Part shown: positions 18,201 to 26,574 of the stretch, piece after piece
How positions within the stretch are numbered: the stretch's first letter is position 1
How the letters are laid out: each line of letters begins with the position of its first letter
Assembly (NCBI GenBank): GCA_020053185.1
Contig: JAGVNP010000311.1
Coordinates: 1-31,148, forward strand
Length of the DNA stretch: 31,148 nucleotides
Source: Deltaproteobacteria bacterium
GTDB lineage: Bacteria; Desulfobacterota; Desulfomonilia; UBA1062
Direction of reading: 5' to 3'
Translations under genes and position numbers: made by a program
The notes under the pieces: model-generated
The model's input: only the letters and a program-made list of their open reading frames with translations
Databases searched by the model: none
What the model was told of the DNA's origin: nothing

Positions 18201-20583
18201 AGGAGCAAAGAGGGCTAATGTTGTCCGGGCTTTAGGGTGGAGCGACGACAACCATTCCTATCCAATAGAATCCAGTCCGGCCTATGCATATTTCAAGCTC
18301 ACAAAAGGTGTATTCACTGACAAGGCCTACATCATAGGCAAGGTGTTCATAGATGAGCCGAATTGCGAGCAGCTCTCTGGCGAAATTGCCATCACCAGGA
18401 CCATAGAATATAGTCTGGAAGATTCTGCCAAAGACAAAGACGCGAAAATAGCAACCTTACTTGCCGGACAAAAAGACAAATCAAACTTTGCCTCTTTAGA
18501 CAGGATGATCCTCATACACAAAGTCTTTATCCATAATAAATCACAGTATCCATTTTACTCGATCTCTTACAAAGAAGACTCAGCCTTTAAGCCGATAAAA
18601 GGAAGCTCGTTGCTGGAAGGAGACCTGATCCATGATCCCAAAGCCGGGGATGGCGCGCTTATCTGGAAGATAAAAGACATAGAGCCGGGCAAGGTTGTTG
18701 TTCTGACATTTGCCTCTGAGTCTAAAGATAGTGATGTAGATGAGATAAAATGCGAGATACCGTTCAGCATTGAAAAGGACAATATCAAAAAAGACCTGAA
18801 GGTTGAGCTTCCAATTATATTCAAGATGCAATCCCCGGATGAATATCAGCTCGCGGTGTATTTTGATTTTGGAAAATATAACCTCAGCCAGAATGATAAA
18901 GCAGCCCTTGATAAGGTCATAAAGACCGTCAAGGCCAAGGGATACAAAAAACTTTATGTAAGCGTCAAGGCCTACACTGATTCTGTAAGGGTTATGAAAG
19001 AAGAGGAGCGGGCCTTCCAGGATAATCTCCAGCTTTCAGGACAAAGGGCTGAAACCGTAAGGAAATATCTGGCAGACCAGCTCATTGAAATGCAAAAGGT
19101 TGAAGTGGTGCATGAAGATGTAAAGCCTGTGCTGAAAAATACATTCAGTATAAAAGTCGTCACATCTAATGACCGGGCTTCAATCTCCAAGTCAGAGAAA
19201 ATTTTGAAGGACAAAGAAATTCCTTCATTTGTACAGGAAAAGATTATTAACTATAAAACAAAGGAATACACCTTATATGCAGGCGGCTTTGACAAGAAAG
19301 AGACCGCTGAAGCTGCTGTAAAAGAACTTTCCAAGGTGTTTAATGACGGGTTTGTAATCGAGCCAACGTCTGTTGAAAAGATTTTCCTTGATGAAAACAT
19401 CCTCTACCAGATCGAGGCATTAGGGCCTCTTGATCCCAAGGTTGAAAACCTGCTCTCTTCAGTCGGCACGCCTCAAAACCGCAGGGCTGAAGTAAAGATC
19501 ATCCCTATTAACATAGGAAACTATTCAATGAATCTAAGCAGAGTCGCAGGAGCAGAATGCGATGTATGCGGAAACGGCATCCAGGATAATAATGAGCAGG
19601 GTGTTTCCGGAGTAAAGATATACATGGAAGACGGCAGATATGTCGTCACTGATTCTGAAGGCAAGTATCACATAGACAATGTAGATCCCGGCATACATAG
19701 CTTGAAGGTAGATAACACAACCCTGCCGCCAGGCACTTCTCTTGCCATAATAAATAACCGCAATATGGATGATCCGGAATCCATGTTTGTAGATCTGTTC
19801 CCCGGGGACATCTTCAAAGCCAATTTCAGGCTATGTCCAGGGCCAAGACTGGAGGCTACAGAAAAAATATGTGATCCGCTTGTGAGCAGTATAAGGGTTA
19901 CCAGAACGATCAAAGACATTTTGATAGACCCGGGCTCAGGGCTGATACGGCTCAAGCATGAAATCATAATAGAAAATCATTCGGATCTTCCGCTGTTCGA
20001 GACCACGTACAAAGAGGTCTCGGCATATAAAATAGTGCCTGGTACAGTATCTTTCAACGGATCTCCGTTCAAAGATCCCAAGTACAAAGACGGTGCATTT
20101 ACATGGAATCTCACGCTTGTAAAGCCAATGGATGAGATCCATATATGCTTCACATCAGAGACCCCGCAAAAATCAACAGATATAAATGCAACGCTTGAGT
20201 TCAGGGCTAAGCCGATAGCCACCCCCAAGGAGATCAAGGTGGAGTTGCCTGTTCATTTTGCAAGTAGAGAAAAGAGCATCTATGAACTCACGGTTTACTT
20301 TGATTTTGGAAAATACAATCTCAGGCCTGATGCCGTAAAGACCCTGGATAAGATCATCGAGACTCTCCGGAAGAAAGACTATGACATGGTCTATGTCTGG
20401 ATAAGGGCACATACAGATGCCACCAGGGTCGATCCGAGCAAGCTGGAATATGAAAACAATCCGGAGCTTTCAGAGAAGCGGGCAACCATTGTCAGGGAAT
20501 ATCTGAAAGCCGGGCTTATCGATATCAAGAAGATCAAAGTCCAATCAGGCGAGCCTGACGGCAAAACAGGCGAGGGAAAATAG
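15235..20583 (+). CDS. Exported DUF11 / SdrD-B-like / OmpA-like / SPOR multidomain protein, candidate peptidoglycan-binding anchor (operon gene C); true start may be 15385 or 15397
   Basis: h-region VIAALLGIFVATGRPALA, then FTEAGTHIYNTSFATY; the first ~500 mature residues are paralogous to gene B. Two DUF11 domains; SdrD-B-like GNGIQDNNEQGVSGVKIYMEDG..VTDSEGKY; OmpA-like VYFDFGKYNL...YTD...LS..RA...NRRAEV with a SPOR insert; a second, half OmpA-like domain at the C-terminus. Confidence 0.88.
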   Translation: MENGLMKRKASLGLKILLQAGVTPHLAVIPAEAGIQKKMSKEPGFPTWSGMTRLMDLFRFTNHGLRITNYESRITNYALRFTLYVIAALLGIFVATGRPALAFTEAGTHIYNTSFATYEDTDGFIYHIQSNTVELTVAQVYAINITPDGTTASPGQKKNAYPGGEVYLPYVLTNPGNGPDSYQLDVENLPGDDEDLSNLKIYIDENQNGVVDPSEPVYDNTNPPLIDSGGRLYLVIAGTVPASVASGTIFVNVNGTSNGDGTKVDNENVSKINITADGFIEAYKSADKTEVDPGGTVTFTIEFQNKGSKPVLGTDIFNCNGDFDNDGTTETAEQGLLVADVVPDHLTYIDGSATWAPLQGFPVFAGTNGIWKDDASDVTGSIESVGLFIPEDASGETLVPDQGGFVSFRCTVNTDAPVSTISNTAEVKYANLNGHQVTPTNTVEVDILPRIDIRADDTDEINEPEHEGSGVASDEHDVMWIDHAASGACISFENEVWNLGNVDDVINVTFDQSRSENLPDGAATTGVLFYNLDGALLTDSNGDGKPDVGVVSPGESVHFITKVCFPEGSSANDVVIAVEGSSSLDPSKTDLTFNRTGEVVAASVKVNVIVGNTEEPWVKKKVIVYEYDCYGNLTDQKVFWTDSSGFIAYDEFGNSSPLYNWIEDSDPNDPDCKYTYRIGLTEDYSGFTYYVSPGFSKSDIDQTTSSDETPKPGTGGKITTQKLPSGGKVLSASIDPAGYVYDGVTGERIDRACVVLYKCNDSSCSSYTAVDASLLDVYPDGSTLQDNPQVSGPTNGSGTDVGKGDGAFEFKFSDFTPTDEGWYFVEVDFDCGLPASDANLANDYNPVLLNSGATWDPSSGAPYHGQRFYIDATNSGAINMRIPLLPADFVPIEIKKEVNSDIASIGDPLKFTITVTNPSPYTCYDVDVIDTLPKELRYRKGTTTIDGAKADDPEISSDARMLTWNIGNLDPGGSVKITFYAIVGANITEGAKRANVVRALGWSDDNHSYPIESSPAYAYFKLTKGVFTDKAYIIGKVFIDEPNCEQLSGEIAITRTIEYSLEDSAKDKDAKIATLLAGQKDKSNFASLDRMILIHKVFIHNKSQYPFYSISYKEDSAFKPIKGSSLLEGDLIHDPKAGDGALIWKIKDIEPGKVVVLTFASESKDSDVDEIKCEIPFSIEKDNIKKDLKVELPIIFKMQSPDEYQLAVYFDFGKYNLSQNDKAALDKVIKTVKAKGYKKLYVSVKAYTDSVRVMKEEERAFQDNLQLSGQRAETVRKYLADQLIEMQKVEVVHEDVKPVLKNTFSIKVVTSNDRASISKSEKILKDKEIPSFVQEKIINYKTKEYTLYAGGFDKKETAEAAVKELSKVFNDGFVIEPTSVEKIFLDENILYQIEALGPLDPKVENLLSSVGTPQNRRAEVKIIPINIGNYSMNLSRVAGAECDVCGNGIQDNNEQGVSGVKIYMEDGRYVVTDSEGKYHIDNVDPGIHSLKVDNTTLPPGTSLAIINNRNMDDPESMFVDLFPGDIFKANFRLCPGPRLEATEKICDPLVSSIRVTRTIKDILIDPGSGLIRLKHEIIIENHSDLPLFETTYKEVSAYKIVPGTVSFNGSPFKDPKYKDGAFTWNLTLVKPMDEIHICFTSETPQKSTDINATLEFRAKPIATPKEIKVELPVHFASREKSIYELTVYFDFGKYNLRPDAVKTLDKIIETLRKKDYDMVYVWIRAHTDATRVDPSKLEYENNPELSEKRATIVREYLKAGLIDIKKIKVQSGEPDGKTGEGK
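15316..15389. repeat. Palindromic element core, copy B, within the longest possible 5' end of gene C
   Basis: GTCATTCCCGCGGAAGCGGGAATCCAG...CTGGATTCCCGACCTGGTCGGGAATGAC; reads VIPAEAGIQ...GFPTWSGMT in frame. Confidence 0.8.
15411..15487 (+). repeat. Heptamer array encoding the n-region of the gene C signal peptide
   Basis: TTACGAA TCACGGT TTACGAA TCACGAA TTACGAA TCACGAA TTACGAA TTACGCC CTACGTT TTACGCT TTACG; reads TNHGLRITNYESRITNYALRFTLY. Confidence 0.75.
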
Positions 20584-20651
20584 GGGAGAAATTTGCGAAT
20601 TTCGAATTTCGAATTGAAGAACGAGGAACGAGGATTAAGGATTATGAATTA

Positions 20652-20794
20652 TGATGATTTCATAAAAAGTCAAATATCCTGTCACTCCCGTTCTATTTCT
20701 TGTCACTCCCGCGGAGGCGGGAGTCCAGAACTGCTTTCTGGAAATTCCTGGATTCCCGTTTGCATGGGAATGACTGCTTTTTGCGGATTCACCA
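20652..20794. repeat. Composite palindromic element, copy C, between genes C and D
   Basis: Outer TGATGATTTCATAAAAAGTC ... GCTTTTTGCGGATTCACCA; core GTCACTCCCGCGGAGGCGGGAGTCCAG...CTGGATTCCCGTTTGCATGGGAATGAC at 20702-20774. Confidence 0.78.
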
Positions 20795-20795
20795 A

Positions 20796-20946
20796 AGGTT
20801 ATGAAGGTTAAGGGGTAGGGATTAAGGGATTATGGTTCAAGGTTCAAAATACATGGTTCAGGGTACAGGGGAAAATTTCGAAATTCGAAATTCGAAATTC
20901 GAAATTCGGAACACCCTGCGCCTTATACCTTATACCTTACACCTCT
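20796..20946 (+). repeat. Composite heptamer cassette spanning the RBS, start codon and n-region of gene D
   Basis: TAAGGG/GGTTCA units, then (TTCGAAA)n, then (ACCTTAT/ACCTTAC)n; a related array sits at 20589-20651. Confidence 0.75.
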
Positions 20947-23900
20947 CACTTGTATTTTTCATCCTGCTGTGCCTTATGCCCTTGAGCGGGTATGCACAAA
21001 CCTCGAACTCCGATCCCCGAACCCTGACCCCTGACCCCCGATCCCAGAACATTGCTTATTCCATCCAGATCGGGCCAAACATGGACAAGCCAGGCGCTGA
21101 ATCCTTTTTAAAGACTCTCCCGGATGCAGTGAAGAACAAAGATGCCTTTATATATCAGACAGACAAAGGATACTGGACTGTTCGTGTGGGTATTACAGAA
21201 AAGCCGGAAGGGTTAGATGAGCTCAAAAAATGGCTGGCATCTGAAGGCATTGAAGATGCAGCTGCAGTAAAGACAGACATACGGAAGGTCAGTGGTCAGT
21301 GGTCAGGAGCCAGGAGTCAGGAGTCAGGGATCAAAGGTGAAAGCTCAAAGGAAATAACTCCGCAAACCACAATCCGAGATTCGAAATTGAAAGATGAAGC
21401 ATTGATTCTGCCTATGATCGATAAGGTCTATTCTACGCTCTGGTCTGTACAGCTCGGATCATACAGCGATAAACAGACCATGGAAGCCTTTTTTCAGAGT
21501 CTTCCTGATTCAGTGAAGCGCAAAAATGCCTTTATATATAAAGGTAAGCGGGGATATTGGGCTGTTCGTGTGGGTTTTGCAGAAAAGCCGGAAGGCTTGG
21601 ATGAGCTAAAGGCATGGCTGGTCTCTCAAGGGCTTGAAGACATACATATGGCGAAGACTGAAGTAAAAAAGATAGAGTCCAAAGAGCTGAGAGATAAGTT
21701 GCTTGGTCGTTCTGTAAAAGAAGCGGACACAAAGACTCTAGAGCCCGAGGAAGACGAGTGGAAGACCATTTACAGTGTGCGGCTATTGAGAACAGAAAAC
21801 CTGAAACAAGTACAAAATGCAACCATAGATATAGAATCCAAGGGCATTCCCACATTCATGAGCGAGAACATCACGTATTTTAAGAAGAGGCTGTACACAC
21901 TCTATGTGGGAAGATTCTTGAGCCAGGATGAAGCTGAGAAGGCAGCTGCTGAATTATCGAAAAAATACGGCAAATGTCCTGTTGACCCATTGTTTACACG
22001 AACAATAGGTGGCGACAGCCTCGGAGACATATTCTACCTTGACGCAATGCATACCCTGGAGCCAAAGGTACCTAACAGACTTTCTACATCAGGCACTCAG
22101 GAAAATCGCCGCGCCGAAGTACTGATATTGCTCTTCAAGGAAACCACAGAGTCGGTAGAAAAGTCCTTTATGGAAAAAGGCAAAGGAAGTCAGTGTATCT
22201 TTAAATTTTATGCAAACTATCTCTATCCCCTTGAAGAGATTTACGATATCAGCGCCTTCATGAGCCTTCCTGAAGGGTCAGCATATGTGGATGGTAGCTT
22301 TGTGATAAATGAAATCCCTGTTACAACAGCGAAGAAAGGCAGATATATTGTTGCCTCTACAGAAAAGCTCATCGGGTATGATCCATTTACCATGAGCATA
22401 AATGTGGCCGGAAGAGAGGATATAAAAACAGAGGAGATCCACTATGTGGTTTATGGAAAGACAAGAAACGGCAAGACGCTAAAGCTTGTTACCTCGAATG
22501 ATGAGATAATGGAAAATGAAGCACTTGCTATCTATCTTCCAAATCCCACACCCGAGAAGATGGAAGAATCTGAGGTAAAGGCGCTTATCAGGAAACCTTC
22601 TTTCGGCATCATTTATCCTGAGAGGAATATCATTGTCTCAGGCAAGCAGACAGATATCGATGTGGCAATCCCCGTGAAGTCCGAATACAAGCTGCTCATA
22701 AATGGCAAAGAAGCTGATAAGAAGAACCTGTCAGAGACAGCCACGGATGAAAAGCTTGGAGTTAAGGTGGTAAGCTACACAGCAGTAGCTTTGGAAGATG
22801 GCGAAAACCACATAAAGATTATTGTTGACGGGAAGCCTTTTGATGAAAAGCAGATTACTGTAACAGGAAATGTGGCGCGTCTTAGCTACGAGATCTATCC
22901 TAAAGAGCCGTCTGCAGACGGCAAATCGAGCGCATATGTTATGGTGCGGCTCCTTGATAAGGATGGTAAGCCTGTAAAACAGAATGCATATATAAAGGTC
23001 TACGTTGATAAAGGTGATATCTTCGATGACGAGACCGATTCGTTCAAGCGTTTTGATGATGACGGATTTGAGGCACGGGTAATAGCAGGCGAGGCTACCA
23101 TAAAACTTTCCCCTGCAAGCACTACAGAAAAACGCAGTATGAAGGTGGAGTTTGGCGATGGTCTTGAAAAAGATATCGATGTGCGCTTTTATCCTGAGAA
23201 GAGACCCTGGATAGTAAACGGCGTGATTGAAGGCACTTATACTGAGAGTAAGACGAAAAATTCAGATGAGGCTCTTGTCGAATATCCTGCAGATCATTCT
23301 GAAGAGGGCTCGCATACTGATGTTGACGGCGGAGTGTTTGCAAAAGGCAGTGTCAAAGATTATACCCTGACATTTAAGTATGAAAATAAGCCAAAAGATG
23401 AAGACATAATTCTGGAGCAGAACATTCCATCTACAGAAGAGGAGCAATACTATCCTGTATATGGCGATGAGTCAGAGCAGTTCTTTGAGGCAGCCTCCCA
23501 GGACAAGTTTTTTGTCAAGGCAGAGCGGGGCCTGTCCTATTTCATGCACGGAGATTTCAAGACAGATCTGAAAGCCCCTCAGCTGGAATACAATGTCTAT
23601 GACAGAACGCTTAATGGAGAAAAAATCAATCTTGAAGTGAAGGATAATTTCAAGATCACAGGCATACATTCATATACATCCCAGGATATAGTGAAAGACG
23701 AGCAGCCGGGCCGGGGCGTTTCAGGGCCGTATTTCTTTGGAAAAGGCATACCTGTTGAGTTCAGTGAAAAAATCTACATCGAAGTGAGAGACCGGTATCA
23801 TCCGGATAGAGTGCTTGACAGGCAGGATCTCAACAGGTTCACCGATTATACTGTAAACTATGATGAAGGCTGGGTTCTGTTCAAAGAGCCTGTACATCAA

Positions 23901-26453
23901 TATGATGATAATTTTGATCTGCAATATATCGTTATAATCTATGAGACTAATACGCTGGCTGAAGACAAGCATGTCTTTGGCGGAAGGGCAGAAAAAGAGC
24001 TGATAAAAGGCCTGCGTATAGGCGGTCTTGCTGCAAGCGAAGAGAGGGATGTTAAAGACAGGCTGGTAGGCGGCCTTGATATCACATATGACGACGGCAA
24101 AGGACTAAAGTTTGTTGCAGAATATACGGCTGCAGACGGATATGATGAGATTGCCCTAAAAGAAGTATCAGGTGATGCAAAAAGGGCTGAGATCTCTTAT
24201 GATAAGGAATTCAAGAAATTTACAGAAAAAGGAAACGCCTATTTTACCGATGTTGAAGACGAGTTTCAGAATCTGTCTACCAGCGCCATCATAGATGGTA
24301 AACAGGCCTATGGCGCCAAAGAGGAGTTTAAGGTAAAGAAGACAAAGACGACGTTGTCTGCAGAAGCCTACAGCGAAGAGGAAAAAGACGGAAGCTCTAC
24401 AACAAAGGTTGCATCTGCCGAGGTGAAACAGGAAATCGGAAAGAAAGTTTCGCTCACTGCAGGCGCAAGGGTGATCAATGAAGAAGAGCCTCCGGATGAA
24501 AGAGATATTACCCAGGTCATAGGCGGGATAGGCATAAAGCCTATAGAAAAATTGAGCATTAATGTAAGAAGAGAGCAGTCTCTCGTGGATGACGATGAGG
24601 AAAAATCAGACCGCTATCCTTCCAAGACAGTAGCAGGGATAAAATATAGTCTTACGAAGAAGACATCGGCATATGTAACCACTGAACTTCAGGAACTGCC
24701 TGAAAAAGACGTTGCCCTGACAACGTTCGGCACAGAGACCTCGCTCACGAAAAACACCACTGCCTTTGCAAAATACACGATCGATGACAGCATTAGTGGC
24801 TGGAGAAATCAGGCTCACTCTGGGCTTAACCATTCGTGGGCGATCGAGGATAATTTCTCAATAAGTGTAGGCGGAGAAGAGGTCAGAACGTTATCCGGTG
24901 ATGACAGCGAAGATTATACGGCATCGAACATAGGTTTCCAGTATTTTCAACCTGATAAGAAAAAATATACCATGTCTGGAAAATGCGAAGCGCGGTTTAA
25001 CAATGAAACAGACAATGAGTATGTAATGAGCTTTGGCGGCACACTCAAGATCGCAAAAGACTATACCATACTTGCGCGGGAGAGATTTTTCGATTCAGAG
25101 TTTGACGAAAACGACCTTCTCTTAGGTCTTGCATACAGACCTGTTTCCTATGACAAATTCAATAGCTTGATGAAATTCAGATATAAATGGATAGAAGAGA
25201 GTGAAGAGGAGAAGATAGTAAAATATATAGGGTCATGGCATGCCAACTATCAGCCCAACAGAGATCTTACCCTCATGGGAGAGTATGCATTCAAGATCGT
25301 TGATGATGGGCTACACACCTACACGGATCTTGCACGCTTACGGGTTTTGTATGATGTGACAGACAGGATAGATTTAGGGGTGCATGGCGGCGTTCTGATG
25401 CAGCATGATACAGATACATACAGCCTTGCATACGGGCCAGAGGTCGGCGTTAGGGTGATCAAGAATGTATGGGCAAGCGCAGGCTACAACTTCTCGGGCC
25501 TTACGGATGAAGATTTTGACGATGCAAGCGCCTGGAACAAGGGTTTTTACTTCAAGCTGAGGGCAAAGGTTGACGAAAATACGCTCTCAGATATTAAAAA
25601 AGCAGTAAAGAGGAACCCGAAGGAAAAGAAGATCGAGGCATCAAAAGAGACAGTAAAAAAGATAGAACCTTTGATGGATTCAGATAATGATGGCGTGCCT
25701 GACTCTAAGGATAAGTGTCCTGATACACCGAAAGGTGTAGCGGTTGATAAATCTGGATGCCCCATAGACAGTGACAATGACGGTGTAGCTGATTATTTAG
25801 ACAAATGTCCAGACACACCAAAAGGTGTAAAGGTAGACGGGTTTGGATGTGCTCTTGATAGCGATGCAGATGGTGTTCCTGACTATCTTGACAAGTGTCC
25901 TGATACACCGAAAGGCGTTAGAGTTGATAAGGTCGGATGTCCCCTTGATAGCGATAAAGACAGTATTCCTGATTTTCAGGATAAATGTCCGGAAACGCCT
26001 TCTGGTGTAGCTGTGGATCTGACAGGCTGTCCGCTTGATAGTGATGGTGATAATGTTTCTGATTACCGGGACAAATGCCCTGGTACGCCAAAAGGCGTAG
26101 CAGTTGATGAGAATGGATGCTGGACGCTTCATGGTGTGTTGTTCGAGTATAAAGAATGGAAACTTAAAAAAGCGATTTATCCCAGCCTGAAAGATGTGGT
26201 TAAGGTGCTGAAGGCGAATCCGGAACTTAAGATAGAGGTGCAGGGTCATACTGATAATATTGGAAACGATAAGTATAATCAGGATCTGTCAAATAAGCGT
26301 GCAAAGGCTGTAGCAGATTTTATTATCAGCCAAGGCATTGCAGCGGATAGGATTTCATATAAGGGTTATGGATTTTCAAAGCCAATTGCTTCGAACGATA
26401 CAGAAAAAGGAAGGGCGATGAACCGCAGGGTTGAGTTCCAGCCAATCTATTAA
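20832..26453 (+). CDS. 1873-aa outer-membrane protein: 3 SPOR, half OmpA-like, Ig-like domains, large predicted beta-barrel, 5 TSP3-like repeats, C-terminal OmpA domain (operon gene D)
   Basis: TAAGGGA RBS; signal peptide ending PLSGYA; SPOR-like YSIQIG...YWTVRVG; alternating amphipathic strands from RPWIVNG (~23200) to GFYFKLRAKVDE (~25575); DSDxDGVPDxxDKCP repeats; canonical GHTDNIG...LSNKRA...GYGFSKP...NRRVE. Confidence 0.88.
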   Translation: MVQGSKYMVQGTGENFEIRNSKFEIRNTLRLIPYTLHLSLVFFILLCLMPLSGYAQTSNSDPRTLTPDPRSQNIAYSIQIGPNMDKPGAESFLKTLPDAVKNKDAFIYQTDKGYWTVRVGITEKPEGLDELKKWLASEGIEDAAAVKTDIRKVSGQWSGARSQESGIKGESSKEITPQTTIRDSKLKDEALILPMIDKVYSTLWSVQLGSYSDKQTMEAFFQSLPDSVKRKNAFIYKGKRGYWAVRVGFAEKPEGLDELKAWLVSQGLEDIHMAKTEVKKIESKELRDKLLGRSVKEADTKTLEPEEDEWKTIYSVRLLRTENLKQVQNATIDIESKGIPTFMSENITYFKKRLYTLYVGRFLSQDEAEKAAAELSKKYGKCPVDPLFTRTIGGDSLGDIFYLDAMHTLEPKVPNRLSTSGTQENRRAEVLILLFKETTESVEKSFMEKGKGSQCIFKFYANYLYPLEEIYDISAFMSLPEGSAYVDGSFVINEIPVTTAKKGRYIVASTEKLIGYDPFTMSINVAGREDIKTEEIHYVVYGKTRNGKTLKLVTSNDEIMENEALAIYLPNPTPEKMEESEVKALIRKPSFGIIYPERNIIVSGKQTDIDVAIPVKSEYKLLINGKEADKKNLSETATDEKLGVKVVSYTAVALEDGENHIKIIVDGKPFDEKQITVTGNVARLSYEIYPKEPSADGKSSAYVMVRLLDKDGKPVKQNAYIKVYVDKGDIFDDETDSFKRFDDDGFEARVIAGEATIKLSPASTTEKRSMKVEFGDGLEKDIDVRFYPEKRPWIVNGVIEGTYTESKTKNSDEALVEYPADHSEEGSHTDVDGGVFAKGSVKDYTLTFKYENKPKDEDIILEQNIPSTEEEQYYPVYGDESEQFFEAASQDKFFVKAERGLSYFMHGDFKTDLKAPQLEYNVYDRTLNGEKINLEVKDNFKITGIHSYTSQDIVKDEQPGRGVSGPYFFGKGIPVEFSEKIYIEVRDRYHPDRVLDRQDLNRFTDYTVNYDEGWVLFKEPVHQYDDNFDLQYIVIIYETNTLAEDKHVFGGRAEKELIKGLRIGGLAASEERDVKDRLVGGLDITYDDGKGLKFVAEYTAADGYDEIALKEVSGDAKRAEISYDKEFKKFTEKGNAYFTDVEDEFQNLSTSAIIDGKQAYGAKEEFKVKKTKTTLSAEAYSEEEKDGSSTTKVASAEVKQEIGKKVSLTAGARVINEEEPPDERDITQVIGGIGIKPIEKLSINVRREQSLVDDDEEKSDRYPSKTVAGIKYSLTKKTSAYVTTELQELPEKDVALTTFGTETSLTKNTTAFAKYTIDDSISGWRNQAHSGLNHSWAIEDNFSISVGGEEVRTLSGDDSEDYTASNIGFQYFQPDKKKYTMSGKCEARFNNETDNEYVMSFGGTLKIAKDYTILARERFFDSEFDENDLLLGLAYRPVSYDKFNSLMKFRYKWIEESEEEKIVKYIGSWHANYQPNRDLTLMGEYAFKIVDDGLHTYTDLARLRVLYDVTDRIDLGVHGGVLMQHDTDTYSLAYGPEVGVRVIKNVWASAGYNFSGLTDEDFDDASAWNKGFYFKLRAKVDENTLSDIKKAVKRNPKEKKIEASKETVKKIEPLMDSDNDGVPDSKDKCPDTPKGVAVDKSGCPIDSDNDGVADYLDKCPDTPKGVKVDGFGCALDSDADGVPDYLDKCPDTPKGVRVDKVGCPLDSDKDSIPDFQDKCPETPSGVAVDLTGCPLDSDGDNVSDYRDKCPGTPKGVAVDENGCWTLHGVLFEYKEWKLKKAIYPSLKDVVKVLKANPELKIEVQGHTDNIGNDKYNQDLSNKRAKAVADFIISQGIAADRISYKGYGFSKPIASNDTEKGRAMNRRVEFQPIY
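21049..21672 (+). repeat. Tandem duplication of a SPOR-like domain within gene D
   Basis: AFIYQTDKGYWTVRVGITEKPEGLDELKKWLASEGIED vs AFIYKGKRGYWAVRVGFAEKPEGLDELKAWLVSQGLED (27/38 identical by hand count). Confidence 0.8.
25674..26123 (+). repeat. Five 90-bp (30-aa) thrombospondin type-3-like Ca-binding repeats
   Basis: xDSDxDGVxDxxDKCPxTPxGVxVDxxGCx five times, exactly 450 nt. Confidence 0.9.
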
Positions 26454-26454
26454 T

Positions 26455-26574
26455 TAAGGGGTAAGGATGATGACACAGGGTTCAGGGGACAGGGTTCAGG
26501 GGAAAATTTCGAAATTCGAAATTCGAAATTCGAATTACACCTTACACCTTACACCTTACGCCTTACGCTTTACG
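26455..26574 (+). repeat. Composite heptamer cassette at the start of gene E
   Basis: TAAGGGGTAAGG-ATGATG-ACACAGGGTTCAGGGGACAGGGTTCAGGGG-(TTCGAAA)n-(CACCTTA)n. Confidence 0.75.

Noticed and set aside
20584-20831. Simple frameshift or assembly break splitting one C-D gene
   Set aside because: D has its own RBS, a complete signal peptide and two extra SPOR domains before the continuing segment, which a point error would not create; kept as a genuine fission finding.
25797-26249. 150-aa minus-strand ORF over the TSP3-like repeats
   Set aside because: An antisense reading of the 90-bp repeats of gene D.
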